DNA of 64,000 nucleotides from Squalus acanthias (lineage: Eukaryota): NCBI GenBank assembly GCA_030390025.1, contig JASTWF010000035.1:3162001-3226000 (forward strand), written 5' to 3'. The position numbers were made by a program, and so were the translations under genes. The stretch's first letter is position 1. The number at the start of each line of letters is the position of its first letter. This document shows, in pieces, positions 49,701-62,510 of the stretch. The notes below the pieces were generated by a model, which was not told where the DNA came from, ran no database searches, and saw only the letters and a program-made list of their open reading frames with translations.

Positions 49701-50713
49701 GGTCGATGAGTATTCCCGTTTTCCGTTTGCCTTTCCCTGCCCCAATATGCTGACGACCAGTTATCAGCTGCCTTGAGCAGGTTTTTGCTTTCTGTGGCAT
49801 GGCATCCTATGTTCATTCGGATCGGGGCCCTTCTTTTATGTCAGGAGAACTCAAGGCCTATCTCTCGGAACGGGGTATTGCTGCCAGCAGAACGACGCCT
49901 TATCATCCGGTCGGGAATGGGCAAGTCGAGCGTTTTAACGCTATCATCTGGAATGCGGTACGTCTGGCTTTGAGATCTCGGGGCCTACCCAACCAGCAAT
50001 GGGAAGCAGTACTTCCAGACGCATTACACTCCACACGGTCCCTCCTTTCGACCGCCACAAATACGACGCCTCATGAACGGTTCTTCCGATTTCAGCGTCG
50101 CTCATCCTATGGGATATCTCTCCCGTCGTGGCTGACTACACCGGGACCAGTGCTACTCCGAAGATATGTCCGGGCGTCTAAGAATGACCCCCTGGTAGAT
50201 GAAGTTGAGCTCACTGACGTCAACCCTACCTACGCCTATATTCGGTATCCTGACGGTCGGGAATCTACCGTGTCATTGCGGGATCTGGCTCCCTGCCCGC
50301 CGAAACATAGAGGGACACCAGGGGATGATATTGTACTAGGCACATCTCTGGGCTCGCCAGGTGCCTCTCATCACGATCTGGATCTGACGCCGGCTGGTAC
50401 CTCACTCCAGCGTGCCGACCTGGGGCAGACTGACTATGAGCCCGTCGGGGCTCGCACGCGCAGCCACGATCCACCCCGTACCGTACGCTCGGAAACGGAT
50501 CTGCCACAGCCCTGCCCGACACCCGTTCGGGCACCAGTACACAGTCAGGATCGTCCTGACCCCTCACAGAGCGGGCTGGATCACTCGGACTCTGGTCCAC
50601 GGCCCGCGGCGGGTAAACGGGCTAGGGGCCCTCTACCGCTCCGAGAACCCAAACGGGTGCGGCTCTCCCTCGTCCAGCGGCTACGAAATGGAGGGAGCAT
50701 CCCGGCCTCCTAA
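46771..50713 (+). pseudogene. Single gag-pol polyprotein with one nonsense codon and one frameshift
   Basis: Two Cys/His knuckles, LIDSGS protease, YLDN RT, ECDAS RNase H, HHCC and IDFKG/HSDRG/QVERFN integrase; TAA at 47050-47052 is in frame with 47107; frameshift near 49755-49790. Confidence 0.93.
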
Positions 50714-50731
50714 TCTTTTGGGGGGGGAGAA

Positions 50732-50925
50732 TGTGGTAACACAATACAGCTTCCTGTGACTCGAACTTTATTGCATCACTTCCTGTGATTAGTCCAGGAT
50801 AAATACTGGACTGATCAGTTGGATCCTGGAGAGGCATAGAGTAAGACCTCTTTTGTATGTAGCAACTTTTTAGTTGATTAAAGCTTACTTTAAGTTCACC
50901 ACGCGTAAGGCTCGTTCTTACGACA
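50732..50925 (+). repeat. 3' LTR
   Basis: Matches the 5' LTR and follows the polypurine tract. Confidence 0.97.
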
Positions 50926-52082
50926 GGGACCTTGGTGTGCATGTACATAGATCCCTGACGGCAGCAGGACAGGTAGATAAGGTGATTAAAAAGGCATATG
51001 GGATACTTGCCTTCATTAGCCGAGGCATAGAATATAAGAGCAGGGAGGTTATGATGGAGCTGTACAAAACGCTACTTAGGCCACAGCTGGAATACTGTGT
51101 GCAGTTCTGGTCACCACACTATAGGAAGGATGTGATTGCATTGGAGAGGGTGCAGAGGAGATTCACCAGGATGTTACCTGGGCTGCAGAAATTCAGCTAT
51201 GAAGAGAGACTGGACAAGCTGGGGTTGTTTTCCTTAGAGCAGAGAAGGCTGAGGGGGGACCTGATTGAGGTGTACAAAATTATGAGGGGCATAGATAGGG
51301 TAGATAGAAAGAAACTTTTCCTCTTAGTAGAGGGGTCAATAACCAGGGGGCATAGTTTCAAGGTAAGGGGCAGGAGGTTTAGAGGGGATTTGAGGAAAAA
51401 CTTTTTCACCCAGAGGGTGGTTGGAATCTGGAACTCACTGCCTGAAAGGGTGGTAGAGGCAGGAACCCTCACAACATTCAAGAAGCATTTAGATGAGCAC
51501 TTGAAACGCCATAGCATACAAGGCTACGGACCAAGTGCTGGAAAATGGCATTAGAATAGACAGGGCTTGATGGTCGGCGCGGACACGATGGGCCGAAGGG
51601 CCTCTTTCTGTGCTGTATAACTCTATGACACTATGTTGTCAGGATCTAGAACTCTCTAACTGAAAAGGTGCTGGAAGGTGATTTAATAAATAATTTTAAA
51701 AGGGAGTTGGACAGCTACTTGAGGATGAGGAACTTACAGGGTTACGGACAAAAAGCGGGGGTGTGGGACTGAGCACGATGCTCAAAGAGCCAGCACAGGC
51801 ACGACGGGCCGAATGGCCTCCTTCTGTGCTGTACGTTTCTATGATTCCCAATATTTACATTTTTTTGTAATTCATTTTTATGGGATGTGCACATCACTGG
51901 CAAGGCCAGCATTTATTGCCCATCCCTAATTGCCCTTGAGAAGGTGGTGGTGAGCCGCTATTCGCTTCAACCACTCCCTGTGGTAGCGAGTTCCACATTC
52001 TCACCCCTCTCAGGGTAAAGAAGTTTCTTCTGAATTCCCTATTGGACTTCTTGGTGATTATTTTATATTGATAGTCCTATAT

Positions 52083-54742
52083 ATAGTTGGGGGTGATGCA
52101 CAGCCAAATATAGAAGAAAAAACAAGTCAGCCTGGAAGGCAGAGCAAATATGTAACGGCACAAGGGAGTATGGCAAGGCTGGATGCCATTTATTTTAATG
52201 CAAGGAGTCTTGCGAGTAAGGCAGCAAAATTGAAGGTGTTGATGAACACATGGGAGTATGATATTGTTGCAATCACAGAGACATGGGAGGGGCAGGACTG
52301 GCAGCTCAATATTTCGGGGTATAGAATCTTCAGGCGAGACAGAGGTGGGTGTAAAAGAGGAGGGGGTGTCGCAATATTAATCAAGGTGTCAATTACTGCT
52401 GTAAGGAGGGATGATATCTTAGCAGGTTCCTCTAATGAGGCCATATGGGTAGAACTTAAAAAGAAAAAGGGGGCAAGCACTTTGCTGGGAGTGTACTATA
52501 GGCCCCCAAACAGTCAGTGGGAGATAGAGGAACAGATATGTAGGCAAATCTCAGAGAAGTGTAGAAATAATAGGGTAATAATATTAGGGGATTTCAACTT
52601 CCCCAATATTAACTGGGATAGTCAGAGTGTGAAAGGCTTAGAGGGTGCAGAATTCTTAAAGTGTACCCAGGAGAGCTTTTTGAGCCAGCATGTAGAAAGT
52701 CCTACAAGAGAGGGGGTGGTACTGGACCTAATTCTAGGGAATGTAACCGGGCCAGTGGTAGAAGTGTTAGTAGGAGAGCATTTTGGTGACAGTGACCATA
52801 ATTCTTGAGATTTAAGGTAGTCATGGAAAAGGACAAAGATGGACCAGAAATAAAGGTTCTAAATTGGGGGAAGGCCGATTTTAATATGATAAGGCAGGAT
52901 CTGGCCAAAGTGGACTGGGATCAGCTGCTTGTAGGAAAATCCACATCAGAACAGTGGGAGTCTTTCAGAAAGGAAATAGAGAGAGTACAACGCCAACATG
53001 TTCCCGTAAAGGTCAAGGGTGGGACCAACAAGCCCAGGGAACCCTGGATGTCAAGGGATATACGAGAATGGATTAGGAAAAAAAGGGAGGCTTTTGGCAG
53101 ATACAAAAGACTAAAAACAGTGGAAGCCCTAGAGGAGTATAGAAAGTGCAGGGGGGTACTTAAAAAAGAAATTAGGAGAGCGAAGAGGGAGCATGAAATA
53201 ACACTGGCGGGCAAAATAATGGAAAATCCCACGGTGTTTTTTAAGTATATTAAGGGCAAGAGGATAACCAGGGAAAGAGTAGGGCCCATTAGGGACCAAA
53301 GTGGCAATCTGTGTGTAGAGCCAGAAGATGTAGGTGAGGTTTTAAATGAATATTTTGCATCTGTGTTCACTATGGAGTAGGACGTTGTAGGCATAGAAAT
53401 CAGGCAGGGGGATTGTGATATACTTGAACAATTTAGTATTGAGAGGGAGGAGGTACTAGTGGTTTTAGCAGGCTTAAAAGTGGATAAATCCCCAGGCCGT
53501 GACGAGATGTATCCCAGGCTGCTGTGTGAGGCAAGGGAGGAGATTGCAGGGGCTCTGACACAAATTTTCAGAACTTCTCTGGCCACAGGGGAGGTGCCAG
53601 AGGACTGGAGAACAGCTAACGTAGTACCATTATTCAAGAAGGGTAGTAGGGATAAACCAGGGAATTACAGGCCATGAGCCGAACATCAGTGGTAGGGAAA
53701 TTATTGGAAAAAATTCTGAGGGACAGAATTAGGGCTAGATTTTCAATGACCCGTGGAGTCGGGTTTGGAGGCATGTGGGGGGTTAAAGTTGCAGATTCAG
53801 GGGTCCCGACCCCATCCTGACTCCATTCCGCCTCCATGCAATTTTGACAAAATCAGTCGCGGAGTTCCTGACTCCGTCCCGCCTCCAAGAGGCGGGAGAG
53901 GCCATTAAAGCCCTTAACAACCCCTAAATTGGCTCTGTAATGCCATTTTGACACATTTTAGCTAGTTTAACCCTTTTCCGACGTGAAGTACGCCTGATGT
54001 GAAACACGCCAGTGAAACCTGGCAGGAGCACAAGTGGATAGCTGACTATCAGCTGCAGGCCCACTATTACAACGGAGATGTGATGAAGGTAGTAGTAGTA
54101 TTAGGTCTGAAAGTCGCCTCTGATGCTGCTGCATTGAATGTCTTCAGAGACTGCCTGGGAGGACTTGGTTGCAAAAAAATTCTCTCTCTCTCTCTCTCTC
54201 AGATGCTGCTCATTTTGTATCCAGGTCCTCACAACAAAGGCCAGACAGTCTCTGAGACCAGGCAGTCTCTGACCTGCAATGATGACATCATCAGAGGCGA
54301 CTTTCAGACTGAAACCACTAATTGGTTCATGGGTTCCCACATGCTGGAACTCAATTGCCCAATTAAGTGAAAATTGCATCAATCTCCCACATCCAATTGC
54401 AGTCGGGTGGATAACACGACCCCAACCCACCCCAGTATCAAAATCCAGCCCTTAGTCTCCACTTGGAGAGGCAAGGATTAATCAGGGATAGTCAGCATGG
54501 CTTTGTCAGGGGGAGATCATGTCTAACCAATTTGATTGAATTTTGAGAGGGGGTGAATAGGTGTGTGGAAGAGGGTAGTGCAGTTGATGTAGTCTACATG
54601 GACTTCAGTAAGGCTTTTGACAAAGTCCCACATGGGAGACTGGTCAAGAAGGTAAGAGCCTGTGTCCAGTGGTGTACTGCAGGGATCGGTGCTGGGTCCT
54701 TTGCTGTTTGTAGTGTACATTAATGATTTAGATATGAATGTA
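52083..54742 (+). mobile_element. CR1 fragment (same subfamily as 43956-51635) split by a Harbinger derivative
   Basis: ORFs 52068..53677; GACAGAATTA|GTCTCCAC rejoins across the insertion. Confidence 0.9.
53732..54451. mobile_element. Non-autonomous derivative related to the 16724-21795 Harbinger, in reverse orientation
   Basis: TIRs GGGCTAGATTTT and AAAATCCAGCCC; TSD TTA; subterminal blocks similar to both ends of the large element. Confidence 0.9.
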
Positions 54743-55000
54743 GGATATGGGGAGAAGGCAGGTACAGGGTACTGAGTTTGGATGATCAGCCATGATCTCA
54801 TCGAATGGCGGAGCAGGCCCGAGGGGCCGAATGGCCTACTCCTGCTCCTATCTTCTATGTTTCTATGTTAGAATAAGGTCAAAGCAGGGAATAATGATAA
54901 AAAAATTAAATTAAAGGTTCTTCATCTGAATGCACGAAGCATTCACAACAAGACAGACGAACTAGTGGCACAAATAGAGATAAATGGGTTTGATTTAATA

Positions 55001-55358
55001 AAATTGAGAGGTCGAACAACACCAGGTTATAGTCCAACAGTTTTATTTGAAATCACAAGCTTTCGGAGCTATCGATTGCTCCTTCCTCAGGTGAAGTAAA
55101 TTAGATACAGAATCGCCAAAGCATATATAGATAGAAAACAAAGCATGTGTACCTTACAATTGCAATTGTAAGGTACACATGCTTTGTTTTCTATCTATAT
55201 ATGCTTTGGCGATTCTGTATCTAATTTACTTCACCTGAGGAAGGAGCAATCGATAGCTCCGAAAGCTTGTGATTTCAAATAAAACTGTTGGACTATAACC
55301 TGGTGTTGTGCGACCTCTCAATTTTGTCCACCCCAGTCCAACACCGGCATCTCCGCAT
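55001..55358 (+). mobile_element. Palindromic Penelope pLTR insertion
   Basis: Spacerless palindrome 55000-55325 centred at 55162/55163, then a ~33-nt tail; TSD TTTGATTTAATA at 54989-55000 and 55359-55370. Confidence 0.9.
55231..55272 (+). ncRNA. Minimal hammerhead ribozyme motif (mirror copy on the minus strand at 55053-55094)
   Basis: TCAC-CTGAGGA-a-GGAGC-AATCGATA-GCTCC-GAAA-GCTT-GTGA. Confidence 0.78.
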
Positions 55359-57177
55359 TTTGATTTAATAGCCATTACAGAGACATGGTTGCAAGGTTGG
55401 GAACTAAATGTTCCAGGGTATTTGACGTTTCGAAAAGACAGGCAGAATGGAAAAGAAGGGAGGGTAGCCCTGATAATAAAGGATGACAAAAGGACAGTAG
55501 AGAGAAAGGATCTCGGCTCAGAAGATCAGGAAGTAGAATCAGTATGGGTGGAGATAATGAATAACAAGGGGCACAAAACATTGCTGGGAGTAGTATATAG
55601 GCCCCCTAATAGTAGCTATACCGTTGGACAGAATATTAATCAAGAAATAGTAGGAGCTTAATCGTGGGGGAATTTAATCTTCATATAGACTGGACAAATC
55701 AAATTGGCAAAGTTAGTCTGGAGGACGAGTTCATAGAATGCATTCGGGACAGTTTCCTGGAACAATAAGTCACGGAACCAACCAGGGAACAGGCTATTTT
55801 AGATCTTGTATTGTGTAATGAGACAGGGTTAATTAGCAATCTCATAGTAAAGGATCCTCTGGGGCAGAGTGATCATAATATGATAGAATTTCACATGAAG
55901 TTTCAGAATGACTTGCCTAAGTCAGAAACTGGAGTCTTAAACTTAAATAAAGCCAATTACATAGGTATGAGGGGCGAGTTGGCTAAGGTAGATTGGAAAA
56001 ATAGATTAAAAGGTATGGCGGTAGATAAGCAATGGCTAGCATTTAAAGAAATACTTCATAATTCTCAACAAAAATATATTCCATTGAGAAACAAAAACTC
56101 CACGGGAAAAGTGATCCAACTCTGGCTAACTAAAGAAGTTAAGGATAGCATTAGATTGAAAGAAGAAGCTTATAATGTTGCGAAGAATAGTAGTGAGCCT
56201 GAGGATTGGGATTTTCAGAAACCAGCAAAGGATGACCAAAATTTTGATAAAAAGGGAAAAAATAGAATGAGAGAGAAAACTAGCAAGAAATATAAAAACA
56301 GATTGTAAGAGCTTCTAAAAGTATGTAAAAAGGAAGAGAGTAGCAAAAGTAAATGTTGGTCCCTTAGAGGCTGAGACAGGAGAAACTATTATGGGGGATA
56401 AGGAAATGGCAAAAACGTTAAACAAATATTTTGTATCTGTCTTCACAGTAGAAGACACAAAAAGCATACCAAAAATGGTGGGGAACCAAGGGTCTAATGA
56501 GGGTGAGGAACTTAACGTAATTAATATAAGTAGAAAAAAAGTACTAGAGAAACTAATGGGACTAAAAGCCAACAAATCACCTGGACCTGATGGCCTACAT
56601 CCTAGGTTTCTAAAAGAGGTGGCTGCAGAAATAGTGGATGTATTGGATTTGATCTTCCAAAATTCCCCAGATTCTAGAACGGTCCCAGCGGATTGGAAGG
56701 TAGCAAATGTAACACTGCTATTCAAGAAAGGAGGGAGAGAGAAAACAGGGAACCACAGGCCAGTTAGCCTGACATAAGTAGCAGGGAAGATGCTGGAATC
56801 CATTGTTAAGGAAGTGGTATCAGGGCACTTAGAAAATCATAACATGATTAGGCAGTCAACATGGTTTTTTGAAAGGTAAATTGTGTTTGACAAATTTATT
56901 AGCGTTTTTTGAGGATGTAACTAGCAGGGTAGATAAAGGGGAACCAGTGGATGTAGTATATTTGGATTTCCAAAAGGCATTTGATAAGGTGCCACAAAAA
57001 AAGTTTATTACACAAGATGAGGGTTCATAGGGTTGGGGGTAATATCGGAGCATGGATAGAGCATTGGTTAACGGACAGAAAACACAGAGTAGGGATAAAC
57101 AGGTCTTTTTCAGGTTGGCAGGCTGTAACTAGTGGGGTGCCGCAAGGATCAGTGTAGGGGCCTCAGCTATTTACTAT

Positions 57178-60100
57178 AGAGTCATAGAGTTATACAGCAC
57201 AGAAAGAGGCCCTTCGGCCCATCGTGTCCGCACCGGCCATCAAGCCCTGTCTATTCCAATCCCATTTTCCAGCACTTGGTCCATAGCCTTGTATGCTATG
57301 GCGTTTCAAGTGCTCATCTAAATGCTTCTTGAATGTTGTGAGGGTTCCTGCCTCTACCACCCTTTCAGGCAGTGAGTTCCAGATTCCAACCACCCTTAGG
57401 GTGAAAAAGTTTTTCCTCAAATCCCCTCTAAACCTCCTGCCCCTTACCTTGAAACTATGCCCCCTGGTTATTGACACCTCTACTAAGGGGAAAAGTTCTT
57501 TTCTATCTACCCTATCTATGCCCCTCATAATTTTGTACACCCAAATCAGGTCCCCCCTCAGCCTTCTCTGCTCTAAGGAAAACAACCCCAGCTTGTCCAG
57601 TCTCTCTTCATAGCTGAAGCGCTGCAGCCCAGGTAACATCCTGGTGAATCTCCTCTGCACCCTCTCCAATGCAATCACATCCTTCCTATAGTGTGGCGAC
57701 CAGAACTGCACACAGTATTCCAGCTGTGGCCTAACCAGCATTTTGTACAGCTCCATCATTACCTCCCTGCTCTTATATTCTATGCCTCGGCTAATGAAGG
57801 CAAGTATCCCATATGCCTTTTTAACCACCTTATCTACCTGTCCTGCTGCCTTCAGGGATCTATGTACATGCACGCCAAGGTCCCTCTGATCCTCTGTCCT
57901 TCCAAGGGTCCTACCATTCATTGTGCATTCCCTTGCCTTGTTAGTCCTCCCAAAATACATCACCTCACACTTTTCAGGGTTAAATTCCATTTGCCACTGT
58001 TCTGCACATCTGACCAACCCGTCTATATTGTCCTGTAGCCTGAGGCTTCCCTCCTCGCTATTTACCACTCCACCAATTTTCATGTCATCTGCGAACTTAC
58101 TGATCATACCTCCTCCATTCATATCTAAATCATTTATGTACACCACAAACAGCAAAGGACCCAGCACCGATCCCTGCGGTACACCACTGGACACAGGCTT
58201 CCAGTCACAAAAACAACCTTCGACCATCACCCTCTGTCTCCTGCCACTAAGCCAATTTTGGATCCAATGTGCCAAGTTGCCCTGGATCCCATGGGCTTTT
58301 ACCTTCTTGACCAGTCTCCCATGCGGGACTTTGTCAAAAGCTTTACTGAAGTCCATGAAGACCACATCAACTGCACTACACTCATCCACACACCTACTCA
58401 CCCCCTCGAAAAATGCAATCAAATTGGTCAGACATGATCTTCCCCTGACAAAGCCATGCTGACTATCCTTGATTAATCCTTGCCTCTCCAAGTGGAGACT
58501 AATTCTGTCCCTCAGAATTTTTTCCAATAATTTCCCTACCACTGATGTTAGGCTCACTGGCCTGTAATTCCCTGGTTTATCCCTACTACCCTTCTTGAAT
58601 AATGGTACTACGTTAGCTGTCCTCCAGTCCTCTGGCACCTCCCCTGTGGCCAGAGAGGTTCTGAAAATTTGTGTCAGAGCCCCTGCAATCTCCTCCCTTG
58701 CCTCACACAGCAGCCTGGGATATATCTCGTCTGGGCCTGGGGATTTATCCACTTTTAAGGCCACTGAAACCGCTAGTACCTCCTCCCTCTCAATACTAAT
58801 TTGTTCAAGTAAATCACAATCCCCCTGCCTGATTTCTATGCTTACATCGTCCTTCTCCATCGTGAACACAGATGCAAATTATTCATTTAAAACCCCACCT
58901 ACATCTTCCGGCTCTACACACAGATTGCCACTTTGGTCCCTAATGGGCCCTACTCTTTCCCTGGTTATCCTCTTGCCCTTAATATACTTATAAAACACCT
59001 TGGGATTTTCCTTTATTTTGCCCGCCAGTGTTATTTCATGCCCCCTCTTCGCTCTCCTAATTTCTTTTTTAAGTACCCCCTGCACTTTCTATACTCCTCT
59101 AGGGCATCCACTGTTTTTAGTCCTTTGTATCTGCCAAAAGCCTCCCTTTTTTTCTCTAATCCATTCTCGTACATCCCTTGACATCCAGGGTTCCCTGGGC
59201 TTGTTGGTCCCACCCTTGACCTTTACGGGAACATGTTGCCGTTGTACTCTCTCTATTTCCTTTCTGAAAGACTCCCACTGCTCTGGTGTGGATTTTCCTA
59301 CAAGTAGCTGATCCCAGTCCACTTTGGCCAGATCCTGCCTTATCATATTAAAATCGGCCTTCCCCCAATTTAGAACCTTTATTTCCGGTCCATCTTTGTC
59401 CTTTTCCATGACTTCCTTAAATCTCACTGAATTATGGTCACTGCTACCACTTGCCCGGCTACATTCCCTAGAATTAGGTCCAGTACCGCCCCCTCTCTTG
59501 TAAGACTTTCTACATGCTGGCTCAAAAAGCTCTCCTGGATGCACTTTAAGAATTCTGCACCCTCTAAGCCTTTCACACTCTGACTATCCCAGTTAATATT
59601 GGGGAAGTTGAAATCCCCTACTATTATTACCCTATTATTTCTACACTTCTCTGAGATTTGCCTACATATCTGTTCCTCTATCTCCCCCTGACTGTTTGGG
59701 GGCCTATAGTACACTCCCAGCAAAGTGCTTGCCCCCTTTTTGTTTTTAAGTTCTACCCATATGGCCTCATTAGAGGAACCTGCTAAGATATCATCCCTCC
59801 TTACAGCAGTAATTGACTCCTTGATTAATATTGCAACACCCCCTCCTCTTTTACACCCACTTCTGTCTCGCCTGAAGATTCTATACCCTGGAATATTGAG
59901 CTGCCAGTCCTGCCCCTCCCTCAACCATGTCTCTGTGATAGCAACAATATCATACTCCCATGTGTTCATCAACACCTTCAATTCATCTGCCTTACTCGCA
60001 AGACTCCTTGCATTAAAATAAATGGCATCCAGCCTTGCCATACTCCCTTGTGCCGTTACATATTTGCTCTGCCTTCCAGGCTGACTTGTTTTTTCCTCTA

Positions 60101-62404
60101 TATTTGGCTGTGCATCACCCCCTACTATAGCTCCACTCCGTATCTCATCCCCCTGCCAAGTTAGTTTAAACCCCCCCCACAACAGTACTAGCAAACCTCC
60201 CCGCAAGGATGTTGGTCCTGTTCCGGTTCAGGTGCAACCTGTCTGACTTGTACAGGCCCCACCTTCCCCAGAAGCAGACCCAGTGATCCAGGAAACTAAA
60301 GCCCTCCCTCCTGCACCAACTCTTTAGCCACGCATTCATCTGCTCTATCCTCCTATTCCTATACTTACTAGCATGTGGCACCGGGAGTAATCCAGAGATT
60401 ACAACCTTTGAGGTCCTGCTTTTTAATCTGCTACCTAGCTCCCTAAATTCTTGTTGCAGGGCCTCATCCCTCTTTCTACCCATGTCGTTGGTACCAATGT
60501 GAACCACGACCTCTGACTGTTCACCCTCCCCCTTCAGAATGCCCTGCAGCCATTCAGTGACATCCTTGACCCTGGCACCAGGGAGGCAACATACCATCCT
60601 GGAGTCACGTCTGCAGCCACAGAAACGTCTATCTGTTCCCCTTACGATAGAATCCCCGATCACTATTGCTCTCCCACTCTTTTTCCTCCCCTCCTGTGCA
60701 GCTGAGCCAGTCGTAGTGCCACGGACTTGTTTCTTGCTGCATTCCCCTGAGAAACCCTCTCCCCCGTCAGTATCCAAAACGGAAAATCTGTTGGAGAGGG
60801 AGATGGACCCAGGGGACTCCTGCACTACCTTCCTAGTTCTTTTACTCTGTCTGGTGGTCACCCATTCCCTGTCTGCCTGTGCACTCTTTACCTGCGGTGT
60901 GACCACCTCATTAAACGTGCTATCCACGAAGTTCTCAGCTTCGCGGATGCTCCACAGTGACTCCAGTCACAGCTCCAGCTCTGAAACGTGGATTTCGAGT
61001 AGCTATAGCTGGAGACACTTCCTGCACATGTGTTCGCCCTGGACACCTAAAGTGTCCCTGACTTCCAACCTAGCACAGGAGGAGCACTCCACACTGCCAA
61101 GCTGCCCTGCCATGTCCTACCCTTAATTTACTCCCTTTAAGTTAAACAATATTAAATACACTAGGGACCTTACTTCCCTTTAAACACTACGGGGTAAAAA
61201 TTCAGTTGGTTGCGCCTCCCGTTAGCGCCTTAAGAGGGCGCTAATGGGGCGCAAAGCCGCTAACGCCCGGGTGCAGCGATGTTTGCGCCGCTCGGGAACT
61301 TAACTTGACATTGTGCGGCGGCGCTAAACTTTACCGCTGCGACCACCTGCGCGCGCAGATTGTGACGTCATTCCATGGTGCAACGCCCTTGTGGCGCCCC
61401 GGAGCGGAAATTGAGTGGCGCCCCCTGCCTTACCGCCTGGCGCATCCAACGACCAGAAGACTGGAACGCTATCAATCGCTGTGGGGCTGGGGGGGGCGCT
61501 ATTTAAAGGGGGCCTCTTCCTGGCTTTTATTGTTGGTGGCATTGTTGAACTACGCATTCTGAGAGAGAGAGGGAGAGACTTCTGGAGAGATTCAACGTTG
61601 TGTGAAGGAGTTTTGGGTACTGAGCAGCACTTTGCAGGTTCATTTTGATTTGCCATTCCTTGTATCGATTTAGCAGAGACTGTGGGAGCTGCACTCTGAG
61701 CTCTTTGCCTGGTACTCTCCATTGTTCTTTCCAGCACATTTGATGTGCAAGTCTCTCCAGGCCGAGATTCAAGGCTGCAATGAACAGGATGTGGATGGAA
61801 AGCAAGATTAACCATCCCCTTTAAGAACTGGCCCGTGCCATTGTGTGTGTGTTCCATTGCTGACTGACATTACATGAGCTTCGCCAGCGCTCTGAGTTAG
61901 CGCCTCACTCCTTGGCCTTTGCGCCTTAAGACAGGTGTGCAGCGCCTGATTTAGCGCTCCACTCACCTCCCGGGGCGGTAAAAGTGAAGTTTCCAGTCAG
62001 TGCCGATAATTAGCGCCAGGCGCTAATATTTGCGTCCAGACGATATTTGCGCCCCAAACGGGGCGCGACCTAATTTTTACCCCTACTTACTCTAAACTAG
62101 AGACCTTACTTTTACTTTAATGACTGGATGTTGAAATACTGTAGAAATACTCACCGCTGGTTCTCTGTCCCCTCTTGTGCAGCTTTTTAGCTCCTGCTCT
62201 CCTGGAAGCTGACAAAGATGGAAAAAGAAAGGAACACCTCCCTCCCCGAACTCCCTCACTCACCAAACTCGCAGCTTTACACTCTGTTCCGATCTGCACT
62301 CTGTGACAAACTGCACTCGAGCCTCCCTTTTTTATACTGCTGAGATTTAAATAAGTGAGCTCTCTGGCAGTTACAGAACCAGATTAGACCACTTAATTAA
62401 TTAA
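57178..62404 (-). mobile_element. Full-length CR1 with its 5' UTR interrupted by a Harbinger-like element
   Basis: ORF1 from ATG at about 61113 to 60166; ORF2 pieces 59424..60206, 59089..59544 and 57190..58869; (CTATGACT)n tail; TTACTAT flanks. Confidence 0.92.
61191..62083. mobile_element. Non-autonomous Harbinger-like element (about 0.9-kb family)
   Basis: TIRs GGGGTAAAAATT and AATTTTTACCCC; TSD TAC. Confidence 0.9.
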
Positions 62405-62510
62405 TTACTATCTATATTAATGACCTAGATGAAGAGACCGAGTGTAATGTATCCAAGTTTGCTGCTGATACAAAGCTAGGTGGGACAGTAAGCTGTGAGG
62501 AGAACACAAA

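Larger units (their letters stand above)
46499..50925 (+). mobile_element. Complete Ty3/Gypsy LTR retrotransposon
   Basis: 194-bp TG...CA LTRs, 5-bp TSD GGGAC (46494-46498 and 50926-50930), polypurine tract 50720-50731, domain order gag-PR-RT-RH-IN. Confidence 0.97.
43956..51635 (+). mobile_element. CR1 (end of ORF1 to 3' tail) interrupted by a Gypsy element
   Basis: ORFs 43713..46555 and 50874..51554; EDQRD|LGVHVH rejoins across the insertion. Confidence 0.92.
54870..57177 (+). mobile_element. Degraded CR1 ORF2; continues at 62405-62510 and 63404-63777
   Basis: ORFs 55308..56777 and 63459..; TTACTAT is duplicated at 57171-57177 and 62405-62411. Confidence 0.88.

Noticed and set aside
52921..58993. 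Long antisense ORFs opposite CR1 ORF2
   Set aside because: Expected shadow frames of CR1 coding sequence with no independent evidence.
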